A stretch of 62,101 nt of DNA, filler included, from Basidioascus undulatus (GCA_000826855.1; 4 parts of 4 records of this genome joined end to end with filler, not necessarily neighbours in it); one strand, 5' to 3'; positions 35,695 to 48,821 are shown, counted from the first letter of the whole stretch. The notes: generated by a model not told the origin, from the letters alone. Made by a program: numbers and translations.

Positions 35695-37329
35695 GCTATG
35701 TAGGTGTTCAAGGAGTGACTGGTGGATAAAGAAAGAATGAAAGAGCGTTTGTGAGTATTGAGCGCGGGAACGGCAAGATGGGGTTTGCGAAGGAGTATGA
35801 CAGGGTACAGGGCAAGGGGCAGACGGGTGAGTCGTACGACCCCTGCCCCCACCGTTCCTCCGTCCAGCCGTCCAGCCATCCAGCGACTTCCGCCAGCCAA
35901 CAGCAACGCTACAGCGGCCCCCGAGGTAAATAACCGACGAAAGCGCACCTCCATGCGTGTGTAGTTTGGGCCTAACCAGCGAGCTGAAGGATGAACAAGC
36001 GAAGACGAGCGGCGCTTGGGCCAGAGGCGTTTGCATCCGAGGAGATGCAGAAGGCGGTTAGAGGCGGTTAGCTATTAGATGAACGTGAGCTCGGTCGTGG
36101 TCGTCGCGATCGATGATGAGCGTGAGGCAGGAATGAGCCGTCGAGGATGTTGATGCAAGTTTGGGGAGATGGGAAGGAGGAGCTACTGCCGAGCGCCTCG
36201 CTTTTCGAGCGTGCAGCAGCGAGGGGCCAGGGCGAGCAAGCGCGAAGCCTTGAGAGTCCGCCTGACCACGCCCGCCGCAAGCGTAAGCTCGCACACGTGA
36301 ATTCACGTACATCCCGTGGCGCATGTGGGCGTGTGACCCGAAGAAAATTATCATGGTCAGTAGGCGACATGCAACGGCGAGAAGGGCACGGTACATGTTG
36401 ATGGTGATGGTCGTGGTTCAAGGAGGATGGAGGATCGGACCCGTCGGGAGACGGCGATGGCGAAGTTCATGAGCCCGAGATCGAGCACAGTCAGCCCGAC
36501 GGGGCCCGACGCTGACGATTCAGGGTCCGTCGAGGCGCTCATACTTGGACTGCTCACATCACTATTTCACTTTTTTCGATCCGTTGTGACCTGCAGCTGC
36601 GTATATTTCTCGCTGAATGCATAGGCGAGAAGGAACAATGGGCTCGCTGATGATAGTGCGTTCGTAGCCACACTTCACTTGCTTTCCCGCGCAAGAGGCA
36701 AGTGTGCGCTTCTGGCCTCTCGCAAGCGTGTGGGCGCTTTCGGCAGGCCATGAACTTCGACTTCGCACTTGACTTGGAAGGAGCAGTTTAGAGATGAGAG
36801 GAAGGCAGATTCAAGCGTCATTAAACGTGTCTCGCCTGCCGTTTTCTTTAGACAAGGCGACTCTCTGTTAACGTCTGGATGCGAAAACATCTACTCATTA
36901 TTGTATGCAGAGGGTTTCCTTCCGCGGGCCGCGACAATATGGGTTCGGGAGAGAAATCGGTGCGCTTGGGCTCGTTCTCGAGCATGTCTTCTTTTTCCGG
37001 TCCCATCCCTTGCGTCCTAGAGGGTATGCAAATGATGAGAGGACAGAGTTGAAATAATAATTTTCTCAAGTTTGTTGACTGCGAAAGCCGTTCAAGAGAT
37101 CGCGTGGCAGCAGCAGGGCGGGCCGACCTGCCGATCAGCGAACGCCTCACACCTCATCGCTGCTTGTCGCTGCAAGGAGGAGTAGATTCCGCAGATTCCA
37201 GGCCCTCGCCCATCAGCAACGACACCGTCAGCCTTGAAGGAATTGTCTTCCACCTGACCATCACAATCGTTGTAGACGCTCACGGTCTGCATTCATCTCA
37301 TCACCAACTCCTCGTTCAGTCGCGACTCT

Positions 37330-40300
37330 AGATTGCGGCGCCAGCCTGGCAGGCACGATGCACCCCCTCAGCCTCACGCCCGGCGACCCCCCTCCCCCTC
37401 CGGACACATCTCAGCACCTCCCGCTCCCGCTCCCGCCACAGCCCCGCTCCGAAGTCGACCGAAGAGCTCTTCTTCCGCGAAGACATCCTCTCCGTGCCGG
37501 CCATACTTGCATGCCGGCGGCGAGACAGTTCGTCTTCGCGGATGACTGCGCATCCGCAGTGAGAGCGACGATCGGAAGCTGTTCCTACAACACAGAACTG
37601 CCTTAGGTAGCTGCGTGCAAGATTGCGTGAGCGGGGGTGTTGGATTGCGCACCTCAACCTTGCCATCCTCCTCGAGTGTTCGGATTCGTCTGGTGGCCTC
37701 GGCCGTCACAGACGGGCATGTCTACGATCCATCAGAGCAAATAACCTATAGTATTGTGAGGGTTGACGAACGATGGTCGAAGAGGGCGACCTTGAAATGT
37801 CCAGCCGGGTGAGCTTGCCAGCCTGAAGCGCCTTACGCGGAGTGTTAGCGGGTTGAACATGGCAAGAGTAAGAGAACATAACGAAGACGTACGCTCGAGC
37901 GCCTCCCGTTATCGCTCGCGGTGACACTGAAGCCAAGCTTGGCGAGCTGGCGGCAGACTGGTGTGAAAGAAGCATGAACGCTGAACACGCCAGCGAAACC
38001 GCAAGAAATCACATGCGAAGTTTCTTAGCTACCGGTTTGTCTATGAGACGGAAAGAAGGAAAAATTAGTAACGTCCAAGGCCAAGAAAAGCGAGCAAGCA
38101 ATGGACCTTCGGCAACCAGCACTCGCACGCTCTTGAAGTACTCGAGCTCGACGTGCCAGAAATTGTCGGCGACCTTGGCCGCTGTAGACAGGCTGTGCGG
38201 GTGGTCGAGCCACAGTCGTGAGAGTCGACTCGTCGCGCCCATTCGACTGCGCGTCCACGCCCTTTAAGTTTCAGTCAGCCTTTGACGCGGCATCGGTGGG
38301 CCGAGGAGTGCAAAGCACTGACGTTGTTCTTCGCTAGTAGGCGCAGCAGGCGCAGAGGCCGGACAGGCTTGCTGCATCGGATCGTACGGGTAGACGGAAC
38401 TCGTTCGCCTCGGTCTCGCTGGAGCGGCGGGAGACGTCGGGCGTCCGGTGCAGCATTTCCACGGCCGGCGAGAAAAGGTGGACGAAGCAGGTGGACGCCA
38501 GAGCGGGAATACCGGAAGCAAGTTCGACCACCTCCTCGAAGTCTGCTCTGCTCTGCACAGCGACGGTAACGAATTGAGGCGGAGAAGACGGGAAATGAAG
38601 ACGAATGGTCGGATGACAGCTCGGAGAAGTAGCGGGTGACGACAGCTGATGCCGCCTTGAGGTCGTCCAGGGACGTGACGGCTTCGACTTCGAAGCCTTC
38701 GAGGATCGTGCGGAGGAAAGAGGCTGTAAGAGAGAAGGGGAAAAGAAGACGACGGATGTTGGCTCAGGGTGAGTCAGAGAACGACGCAGCGCGTCGAGCT
38801 CGATGGAACTGTCCGGCGCTGGGGAGAACGCAGACGTTCGGACAGGAATGCGGAAGCAGAACCTGAACATAAAGCGCTCAGTAAGCGGTTGCCTTTCCGA
38901 AGGACGAAGGGAAGGCGCACCGCGATCCAACACTGGGAGTTGAGGTGACGGAAATCTTGCCGCGCAGGAGACTGACGAGTTCGCGACAGATGGAAAGGCC
39001 AACTGATGATTGATGGTAAGCGGGAAACGTGCCACGATCTGGAAAAAAGGTTGGTGCGATTGATGTCCGGTTCCTCCAAAGCGTTTGGTAGATGAGGCGT
39101 CGACTTGGCTGAACGGCTGGAAGAGAAGCGACAGGTCTCGCTCGCTCACACCGATGCCAGAGTCGGCCACGGCGACGTGAAGCACAGCTTCGCCCCCGCA
39201 CGCCTTCACCCTTCCGGAGCGATCGACGCCGACCTTGACGTCTACCGACCCCACGAACGTGAACTGGCAAGCACGGACAAAATCAGCACCAACGGGCGAG
39301 ACGGATGAGCATTTTTCGGCAGATGTGAACCTTCAGGGCGTTGCCGATGAGGTTTTGCAAGACTATGTCCGGTATGTCAGTTAACAGACCGAGACAAAGC
39401 CGGGAGGCATAATCGTCGACGTACTTTGGCGGATGCGCGGTCCGTCGGCGTCGATCATAGCCGGGAAGGCGGGATCGAGTCGTACGTGAGATCCACACCT
39501 TTCTCTGTCGCCAACGATAACAAGAGATCCTGACAATCGGCAACAAGATCGCCGGATGAGACGGGCGCGATGTTCAGCTTGACGGCGCGAGCCTCGAGCT
39601 TCGAGAAGTCCAGGATGTTGGAAATGGTCTTGAGGCCGATAGGTGTCAATTCGGCGTTCACCGCAGTCAGTGCATGCTCTTACCTCGAGGAGAAGCTCGC
39701 AGGATTGCCTGGCAGTTTTGATTAATTGAAAGACTTGTCAGGGCGGGCAGTCACAAAAAGTACGTGACGGCATCAAAGCAATTCATGCTGCTCATGATCC
39801 AGCTGCGTCTCGGCCAGGAGCCCGAGTAGCCCGTAGAACGGGCTGTTTCGAGAGGATCAGGTACAATCGCCCACATAATGTCCGGGTAACTCACGCAAAA
39901 GGCGTGCGCAGCTCGTGCGACATGTTGGCCTTTGAAGAGGATGTGCTTGCGTCAGTTTGGCGTGTCTCCAGGTATAGATCACGAAGCTCACGAGGAATAT
40001 AGATTTGACCTGAAAAGGCTTGTCAGTACACACGGCAGCGTCGGTACTGAGTTCACATATACAGTCAGACGTCAGTTTCGCCCAATCGCCCAACTCGGTG
40101 CGCGGCACGAGAGGCATGACGGCTTAGTTATTGGGAGACCGTCGAGGAGCAGCTCGCCAGATCGAAAGGCTGGCTCACAGCGAGCCAGTAGCCCGACCTA
40201 GCGAGAGCGCGCGAATGGGAGTGGGTGGGTCAGAACGAGGGAGAGTAGTTTCGGACGGCCCCCTCCCCCCGCCGCCGCTTCAGCGCCGACATGCCCTCTG

Positions 40301-40590
40301 CCGCTCTGGAACGAAAACATATAGACCAGAGCATGGCACCCGGAGACGCGGAGAGCTGCGCGGCTCGAGGAAGAGTGAGAGATGAGATGAGGGGTTGGGG
40401 TTGGGAGGGGTGGGTTTTGAGGTTGGAGAGTAAGGTGGAAGCATGGCGTGTGAGGCGGTGATCCGGGGAAGGGAAGGGGCAAGAAGGTGCGCGAGGTGTG
40501 AATCCACAGCTTGGGCTTTGGGGAGCGACTTTGAGGAGGAGAGGAAGATCGCGGGCTTGGGGAGTCGAAGCATTTACGAGCAGCCATCGA
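37330..40590 (-). pseudogene. Hybrid histidine kinase (HisKA-HATPase-receiver), degraded
   Basis: H-box ANMSHELRTPF, ILDFSKLEA, N-box NLIGNALKFT, G-boxes DSGIG and FSQVDASSTKRFGG, and receiver VLVAED...MPVCDG..EATRRIR...LPIVALTADAQ. Frameshifts and lost splice sites; both ends approximate. Confidence 0.85.
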
Positions 40591-40960
40591 TGGGGAGGGC
40601 TGACGAAGGCGAGGCGGAGTGCAAGTGAATACGCGCTGGGATGGTTGGAGAGGACATGAGCTGGGAGAGTAATGAAAGAGCGACATCTTGCTGTGTGGGT
40701 TGCGTGTGAGTGGGAGTTTGATCGATCGAGAGGAAAAGATGGGTCGCTGCCCAGATGTCCGGGTGCAAGTGCGCGTATCCCGGCCTACTGCTCAGCGGTC
40801 GGCATTAATGATCGAAAGTGAAGTAGTAACCGACGTGAAGCGATGTAAGCCCGTGTCCAAGTCCGTCGTCGTCCCCATCCCACTCCTCTCCCCCCCCCGA
40901 TCGCATTCCGGCGCCGGCGGCCCACGCCCGCGCAACCGCGCCGCTCATCAGGCTCGACCA

Positions 40961-41060
40961 NNNNNNNNNNNNNNNNNNNNNNNNNNNNNNNNNNNNNNNN
41001 NNNNTTAATTAATTAANNNNNNNNNNNNNNNNNNNNNNNNNNNNNNNNNNNNNNNNNNNN
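40961..41060. other. Artificial contig-join spacer
   Basis: N44-TTAATTAATTAA-N44. Confidence 0.98.
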
Positions 41061-42342
41061 AGTATGACGTTGTCGCAACGCCGACAATGTAGGTCACCGT
41101 CAGAACAGCGTAGAGAATCGCGTCCGCCGCATTGACAAGGTACGGTGATTGAGAATCTAATAAACGGAGAGTTCCAATTCAGAAACCTTGGGTTTCTTCC
41201 AGAACAGCTGGTACACACCTCGGGCGCTAGTGGATTTCATGCTGCGAAGCAAGCTCAGTGAAGTCGCACGCAAGAATTGCAGCGCGGGGCACTGACCTGT
41301 TCCAAAGTCCTGTTAGAAGCCTGATTAATTCAATTGAACTCCGATCAGCTAATGGCCGGCGCACCTGGGGCAAGGAAAGCGCATAATCTGACGATCAAAG
41401 CCTGAAAGAACGGAGTGCGGAAGAAGTTCCGCTTCGTGGGCGGCTGCGCTACATCGAGTGCATCGCCGACAACGTATGAATGTCTTTCTTGTCATCTAGG
41501 GGGTCCCGATTTGTGCTTCGCTGTGTTGGTGCCATCTTGCAGTCTGCTGAGTGTGTCGCCGAAAGCGTGTCGATGATTGGGGGCGGTAGCTTCAAGCAAT
41601 GCCGCGTGATGAATCAGAGGTGTCACTCAGTTTTCTAGTTTGGGCTGCTCTTATAAGAAATTTATGACTCCCGAGAGTGCGATAACGTAGCTCTGTGGCA
41701 GCCCCTTCATTGCCGCCTCTCCGGCAGAAGTGAGGGCGGCCGGTGGAGGCGTCCACTGGACGGACTCCCACGGAGGCGACCTTGCTGATAACGGGTGGCG
41801 GCAGGAGCAGCATCGCAATCATTCCTGATGGGATCCGCTGGGATCCCGCGGAGTTCCCCACCTCCTGGGTGTTTTGAAAAGTGGGGCCGCTGGGCAAGGC
41901 TGATAGCCCCCACGCGAGAGCAACAACTTGGTAGGCTCAAGCGCTGAAGCTCGCACACTCTTCAGAACGCGTTTGTATACAACCATCTCGCCGCAGAGGC
42001 GCACTCGAATGTAACCTATCTATGACCATGGCCACCCTGTGTTACAGTCAGTTCTGTCATGACGCATCAGCTGCAGTTTGCAAGGAGGTCTACGGTTCTT
42101 GTACATGAACCGACCTGCTTTGTGTTGTTTCTCCGCATCGAAAGGAAAACCAGAACTAGCACAAGACATTCCACCATGTGGGAGCTTTCGAGGTCGAAGA
42201 TTTGCTCGCGACCGTATACCACTCCTCCGACCCTCCCTGCAGGCCGAGCATGTTGGCCTTGTGACTTTTCCTGCAATTCACCAAACCTTTCGGCTCTACA
42301 AACTAGTGAGAGTGACAAATAGTATTGTTATGATGAAAATTT

Positions 42343-43649
42343 TTACACGCTCGATCTATATGCCTCCTCAAGGGTATCGCAGTTCCTCCTGCACGCCTCG
42401 TCCACGAACTTGAGCTGCTCCCGGTAAAACACGCCATCGACGCTGCATTCCGCAGCTTGTCCTGCACAAGTACTGTTCACCAGCCTCCCTCCTCGTATCT
42501 GAACAGAAAAAGACCTACCGTTCAATGAAGAGGTACCGAGGAAGGACATGAACCCTTTGAGGACCGTCGCGACGGGCGTTATGAGGCCCTGGGCTGTGAC
42601 GGTGTCGAACAGCGTTTGAGGGCCGAGGTTGGTGGCTGTAAAAGAGTTCTCAGTGATAATACTGGAATGGTTATTATGTTTCCATGGTGACGTACGGGCT
42701 ATGTTGGGACAGACCGCATTGACGGTGATCTTCTCATCGGCCACCTGCTTCGCAAGAGACCGGACGAAGCCGACGACGCCATGCTTGGACGCGACGTCTA
42801 GACCCAGTCGTTTATTCAGCAAGAGATTTCCACATCTTCTCAAGACTCACTCACAGAGAGGCATAAAAGGGATAGCGTAAAACGAGCTGATTGGAAGGAA
42901 GCGATCAGCCCTCTTTACGGATGGCTCCAGACTGCGCGCTGTCGACGCACCATATCGACCCTGTAACGACCAGTTTCCCGCGGTACCCGTTCGCTCCGAC
43001 ATCCTGAGCCCTAAAAGTCTGGATCGCAAGCGACGAGGTGTACAGCGCGCCGACGAGGTCGACCTCGACCGTGCGCAAGGCCGGTTTGATGTAGCTCTCG
43101 CCGGCGGGAGGACGCCCGGGGGATAGCGGGATGAGGGAGGTTTCTGCTATCCCTGCGTTTGAGAATACTTCCAGAAGGAAGAGGGAGGGGATAGATTCAG
43201 CTGGCACGGCTGTGGAGTAGGAGTACGTGAGCAGGCGACCCACCGTAGTCAATCGGCCCAAGAAACGTCCTAGCGCGGTCGAAGAGCGCCGCTTGCTGCT
43301 CCCAGTCGGTCACGTCGACTTTAACGAAGAGGGCTGAGCTGCAGAAAAACAACCCAGAGACCTTCAGATCAAGTGGTCAAAGTTCTGTTAGACAGGTGCA
43401 CTTACTTGGAACGGCTAACATTCAACAACGCAGCGAGCGCCTCGCCCCCCGACTCGTCGCGGTCCCCGAGCGCGAGCCGCATGCCCTGCGCGTGCAGCGC
43501 TTCGGCGAGGGCTCGTCCGAGTCCGGAGGCGGCTCCTGTGGGCTCGATGATGAATCAGACCACAGGTTAAGTGAGTGAGCGTGAAAGAGGCGCCCATGAG
43601 TAAGGGGCGCACCGGTGATGAGTGCCGTCGGGGTTGAATCGAGCGCCAT
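42343..43649 (-). CDS. Classical short-chain dehydrogenase/reductase (15-PGDH-like), 7 introns
   Basis: Spliced ALITGAASGLG, VDVTDW, FSNAGI, catalytic YVASKHG and VNAVCP; frame intact. Confidence 0.9.
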
Positions 43650-44690
43650 TGTAGCTTGGCAGCAGTTTCGTTTGCTTTCACCTAGAAGGAGAGCCTAGCT
43701 GGGTTTTTAGAAGATGTAAATGTCGCTGTGTGTGGTGAGTGAAGGATGGTCGCTCTCAGCGACTTTATGGCCCGCCCGGGTCGCAGTGTGGGTCACGCGT
43801 CCGCTAGGCTGGCATGTGGAGAGCTCTGAGCCGGCAGGGTGGCAACCGGTCCCGCCACTGTGGCAGCAATATTGACTTGAATCGCCTTGGTATATTATCC
43901 ACAATTCAAAAGGGACCAGGTCTGTTCAACTGCCAGGCGAGTTCTGATGCGCCTCCGTGCCGAGGCTGAGTCGAACGCAGTGCTGCGCGGTGATCCTCTT
44001 CTGGCCTGTGCTTCAAGCCTTTCCATGCGAAGTACCGGTCCAAAGGCGCGGTGATTCATGTTCAAATTTTTACCCAATACCACTTCTAACAGCTTCCCAA
44101 TTCCGTCGAATCCTGTGCATACAATGGGGACATGCAGCGCTCTCCCAGCCTCGCACGCATAGTGCATCCCTAAGCAGGGGGCTGACCGTCGAAAGCTCAC
44201 TACATGTAAAAAGTGTTGAATATTAAATGAACCAGCACCCATATCCACTGTTCAAAGAAAAACGTGTTGGCCAGGAGCGAGTTACAGCCAAAACAGCTGG
44301 GACAGAGCGAGCCGAGCAACTTAACTGCTGCGTCGCGATCGCGAAGAGCAGAAGTGCGAACGCACTGCGTTGTATGACAGCGTGCACATACAAGAAACGA
44401 ACCTTTACAAGAGCCCCTTATAAAAGCCGAGATCTCACATCAAGACTTGACCCATCGAAACGGAAGGCGCCACGGGCTCGACTCGGGTGCGCCACTGCGG
44501 CACTTTCAGAGATTGGCCTCTGCGCCAATGTCTGCGGTGCTTGCCCCAAGTGGACTCGTGCTCAAGATAGCTATTGCTCAAAGAAACGCCGAATGAATTA
44601 AGTGGTGGGCCAACGAAGGGTACATGGCGACGCCTTGGCTCATTATAGTACGTCCACAGGCCCCCCTCCCCGTCACCACCCGACGAATAC

Positions 44691-44729
44691 ATAATGCAGT
44701 TCCGTAATGCAGTTCCATAATGCAGTTCC
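44691..44729. repeat. Tandem repeat, 3 x 13 nt
   Basis: ataatgcagttcc gtaatgcagttcc ataatgcagttcc. Confidence 0.9.
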
Positions 44730-44800
44730 TCGCGATTCTTTCAACCCGGACCAAAACTACCAAAACCACCACAACATACTCATCAACCCCCTCCCCGAGC

Positions 44801-45200
44801 TCACCGCCCCCGACGCGCCAGCCTCGCCCACCACCATCTCCCTCCCTTCCTCCTCTCGCGCTCCTCCTCCGCCTTCCTCCCCTCCTCCTCTTCCATCGCC
44901 CTCGCCCGCTCCGCCGCCCCCCTCCCCCCCAGAGCGCTCTTCAACCTCCAAAAAGCCTCCTCAGCCTTCCCCTCGCTCAGCGTCCTCTCCCTTCCCTCCC
45001 CACCTTCTCTCCTCCACTCAAACACCACGTCCCTGTCCGCCCAGCGGACGCTCTTCCGCGAGAGGGACGAGCTGGAGGAGGACGCGCTGGGGGCAGCGGC
45101 GGATCCGGAGGAGGTTGAGAGTGTGCGGGTGCGGGTGCGCGGGCGGGGGCAGGTGGGTGTGGGGAAGGGCGGGGAGGAGGTGGACGCGCGCGTAGAGGAG
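44801..45200 (-). CDS. 3' fragment of an unrelated hypothetical gene, fused downstream of the EED fragment
   Basis: SSSLSRKSVRWADRDVVFEWRR...KGGRWWWARLARRGR*; no WD40 character and no start codon of its own. Confidence 0.4.
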
Positions 45201-45229
45201 GAGGAGAAGGTGAGAAGGAAGAGAGAAAG

Positions 45230-46121
45230 CACGCACGATGCTGACCACCCAACTCTTATGACCCCCCAGCGCCGCGCCCGCCAGAACAGCAACCAGCTCC
45301 CCAACGCGCTCCCCCCCGCGCTGGAAGGTACGCTTCGCCGCCGTATGTGGGGGAGGAGGGACGGAGAGGTCCCACAGGCGGATGGTCAGGTCTTCTGAGG
45401 CGGAGGCGAGGATGTGCGGGTGCGTGGGCGAGAGGGCGAGTGAGAGAATCGGCTGCGGGTGGGGCGGGGGTGAGTTTCTTTGGAGGAGGTATGGTGAGGG
45501 AGTTGTGGGAACGGACCTCCCCGTGCCCGATCAGCGAGCGCGTGGAACCGGTAGAGAGGTCGAGGATCCGGATGACGCGCGACTTGCCCGCGGTGATGAG
45601 GAGCGGAACGCAGGTCGTGTGGTCCAGCCCCCAGGTGAGGCAGGTGAAGTCTTCGCATTGCTGTCAGGTGAGTGGGTGAGTAATAATGGGAGGAAGGGAG
45701 AAGGACGAAAGGGGACGAACGTCTTCGGACGTGAACTTGAAGAGCGGGTCTAACAAGTCGTCGTCCGGTAGGTGGTCCTCAAATTTGAAGACCCATACCT
45801 GTTACTCCTCCCCTAAGCACGCAGCGTTCCTCAAGGAATTTATGACAAAGACGGCAGGAATGAAAAGAAGCCACGCACGAATCGACCCCCACAAACAGCC
45901 ACAGCCCCCTCCATATCCTCCGCCACACTCCGCATCCGCGGTGTCGTCTTCGCCTCATCCACCGTAAGCGCCAGACAGAAAGGAAAGAACTGCGCGGCCC
46001 AGAGGGGTGGGAGGGGCGCGCTCGGGGAGTCGCCCGGCTCGAAGGAGGTCGGTTTGTGCGCTGCGAAGCGGTACGGGTGCGGGTTTTCGGGGCTAGGGGC
46101 GCGAGAGTACCACTGGGGCAT
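45230..46121 (-). pseudogene. EED: EED/ESC-like WD40 subunit of PRC2, N-terminal half only
   Basis: Spliced: PLWAAQFFPF...AVCGGRFVWVFK...EDFTCLTWGLDHTTCVPLLITAGKSRVIRILD...LIGHGEPILSLALSPTHPHILASASEDLTIRLWDL...VAVLAGAALGGHK. This is colinear with EED motifs (PLFGVQF, FYTCAW..PLLAVAG, GHGNAINEL, LRLWN, GGHR). Confidence 0.75.
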
Positions 46122-46415
46122 AGGTGTGGGTTGTGAATTGAAGATTTGAAGGGGTGCTATCGATGGGTTTGAAAGGTGAGAGTCAGTAATGCGCGGAGGA
46201 AGGAAATGTTGTGAAGGTAGAAGCAAGGAGAAGCGAGGACTTCAGCCGGTCGTGCTTGTCACTGCCGTTGCAGAGGTTCATTATCGTATACAGACTCCTG
46301 AGATTTCGTAGCGTGCTGCTTCATTTGAGTCTTGAGCGTCCGACTCCGTGGTTTGCGTCAATTTGTCTTTCCTCTCATGGTGTTTCATTTTGTTATGTCT
46401 TTAATATTTTTCACA

Positions 46416-46498
46416 GGGCATATGGTGTAGTGGCTTATCACGCCTTCTTAGCATTTGCTGGTTGGAGGAGGTCTCCGGTTCAATTCCGGATATGTCCA
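46416..46498 (+). tRNA. tRNA-Ala(AGC) with a 9-nt intron
   Basis: Acceptor stem GGGCATA/TATGTCC, anticodon stem CCTTC/GGAGG, T-arm TCCGG-TTCAATT-CCGGA, intron TTTGCTGGT after position 37, and a downstream T-run. Confidence 0.92.
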
Positions 46499-47296
46499 TC
46501 GATTACATTTTACAGTTTCCTTTTCCTCCCCGGTCGGTGGGAGCATGGGTCGCCGTGAGACTGAGTGCGGTATCGTGTCCGAAGAAGGTCAGCGCCGCAG
46601 CCCCAGAAGGGACAGGCGGTGCACTGTGAGCGTCTCCTGACTGCGGCTGACCGAGGTGTATTCTTTCCTATATTAACATTGATTTCTACAGATAGACAAA
46701 AGATCACTTTGCTTCAAAACGTGTTTAACATCGCAGGCTGCGCGTGTTATGTGGAACAATGTCGTTATAGCTGCCGAGCGCTCAATTGACAGGAATACAA
46801 GCAAACGGCATTATCGAGCGTCTCCCTGCAGGTCCTACTTTCAACCCGCCTACTCACCCATGTGCATATGCTGAGTGGAGTATTAACTTGGATTCTATCA
46901 GGCGAGATGTCCTAGTTTGTGGCTTGTTGAATGTCACATAGTAGCAGCGGAGGCATTCGGTCTCACCAAGTCGTCCGCCATGTACATAACTAAATTCCAC
47001 AGGCTGAAGTTTATAGTGAATCAGTTCCGTGCTCGCCCTAAAGAGATCAAGCAGAGGTCCTCACAAGGGCAACCAGGCAACGCACGCAGCCTGCTCTCTA
47101 ACCTTTCACTGCACTGGCATGGCAAAGACCCTGATCACGTAACTTTGGGTGGACGTTCTATGCCTTTGTGTGCTTTTCATAATCTTCCTGAACTCGCACG
47201 TCAAACTTCACATGCGGTTAATCATTTTTAGGTACAGGAGTGCCGGAGCACACGACAAACCGATTGAAATTGAATTATCCCACCTGATTGTCAATT

Positions 47297-47383
47297 CTCT
47301 CCTTAGCTCAGTTGGAAGAGCGCGAGACTGTAATGTTAATTTAGTCAATCTTGAGGTCCCTGGTTCGATCCCGGGAGGGGAGA
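47297..47383 (+). tRNA. tRNA-Tyr(GTA) with an intron of about 14 nt
   Basis: Acceptor stem CTCTCCT/AGGGGAG, D-arm GCTC...GAGC, anticodon stem CGAGA/TCTTG, GGTTCGATCCC T-loop, and a TTTT terminator. Confidence 0.95.
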
Positions 47384-47899
47384 AGTTTTACATCGTGCCA
47401 GTCTGCGTGGGCTTGTTTCCTGCCTTGGCACCCTAAATTTCTTGTACGGTCACAAGCGGTTCACATTCCAATAGATATGACCTTTGTTTTTGCTGATCGC
47501 AGGCAATACGGCGCTACTTGTTGATGTCTAGATATCTAGACTAACAGGGCCATCCTGAGTCGTGTATATGCGCATGGTCGGGTACTCATTGAAGCCTAGG
47601 GTGGCTGTTCTACCTTGTCAAGGCCCGGCAGGCGCATTCGGGGACGGGCGCATGTTGAGAGGTTGAAGTAACGGTGCGCCTATCGATTTGGATGAAGTAT
47701 TCAGAAAATGCGGAGACAGGAAAGGAGAAGACCAGACAATGCAGAGAGAGCCAGCTGTGGCGAGATCGGCGCCCTCGAGGGTAATGCTCGAATGCTGGAC
47801 AATACTGAGGGTCGGAAGAAGCAGCGGGAACTAGCGAGGAAGGTAAAGTTCAATGCGGTCTTTGAATTCCTAACGGAGCGCATTAGGTGAAGCAGGCAT

Positions 47900-48821
47900 G
47901 AAGATGCAGCCAGCAGCGCGCGGACTCATTGCACGGAAGCACAGACAGTCGCCCAGTACAACAGAGGTCCTTGGCGGGTTTGTATTACTCTACATTGGTA
48001 CAGTCGCATGAACCGGACCATCAGGCATAGGGACTAGTACGACATCGCATGCCTCTGACCACCATGACCGAGAGCGCTCCCGTGCCTGCTCAATGTCGGA
48101 TTAAACGTCCGCCTTGAAATGTAGAAAGACGAAGCGCCTCAGGGTAACATGCTTCTCGACGAAATCAGTGTACATAGCGTCGAGACTGAAACTCAAGTGT
48201 GGGTGCGTCTCCGTTAAGGAATAGCTGGAAGGTTCGACCATCACAGTAAGCTAAGAAGGTCGAACCACGCGAACGAAAATCCCTCTAGAACAGGTTGCAC
48301 GACTGCAACGTCATAAAGCGCTGGATGTGGCGGGAGTTACCAGGATGGAGGAGTTACCAGGATGGAGTAGCTCGCATGAGATTACTTCAAATGAATTCCT
48401 CCAGGTGATCCAAGTTGCGGATGGACCGCGCGCAGAAGGCCAGCTCGAGCAAGGAAGCAACAGTCATCTGAGTTCGGAGACGATCGCAGCCACGATCTTG
48501 GCAGCTTAGCTCACGGCAAGGAAGTCCTCTTCTCCAGAAAAGCCGGGTACAGCTGGGAAAGACGTCAGGGCGAGCGAGTGCACCTTGGATGCGACCGATG
48601 CATAGGCTTCAAGTGTTTCCGCCAACACCTCAATTTCCTCGGGAGATAAGATCACGATTGATTGATAGAGCTGTTGAGCGATCGAAGACAACGTGCGCGG
48701 GACGAGGCAGAGCGAGGCGAGAGTCGGCCAGTCGCGAATGTACGCGAGCGGGTAGGCCGGCTCAGCGGCAAGTTCCAGGATGCGCTGCAAGACGTCGAGG
48801 GGGAGTTGCGGAAACGGGCAT
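47900..48821 (-). pseudogene. Decayed F-box-like gene
   Basis: ATG 48821 is one C out of frame with PFPQLPLDVLQRILELA...LASLCLVPRTLSSIAQQLYQSI. In-frame stops occur from 48506; 3' end approximate. Confidence 0.65.

Noticed and set aside
34127..35740. 537-aa antisense ORF
   Set aside because: Gly/Arg-rich mirror of the GC-rich minus-strand gene, with no independent signal.
48333..48366. 17-nt direct duplication (ggagttaccaggatgga x2)
   Set aside because: Local slippage inside a pseudogene; not an array or CRISPR.
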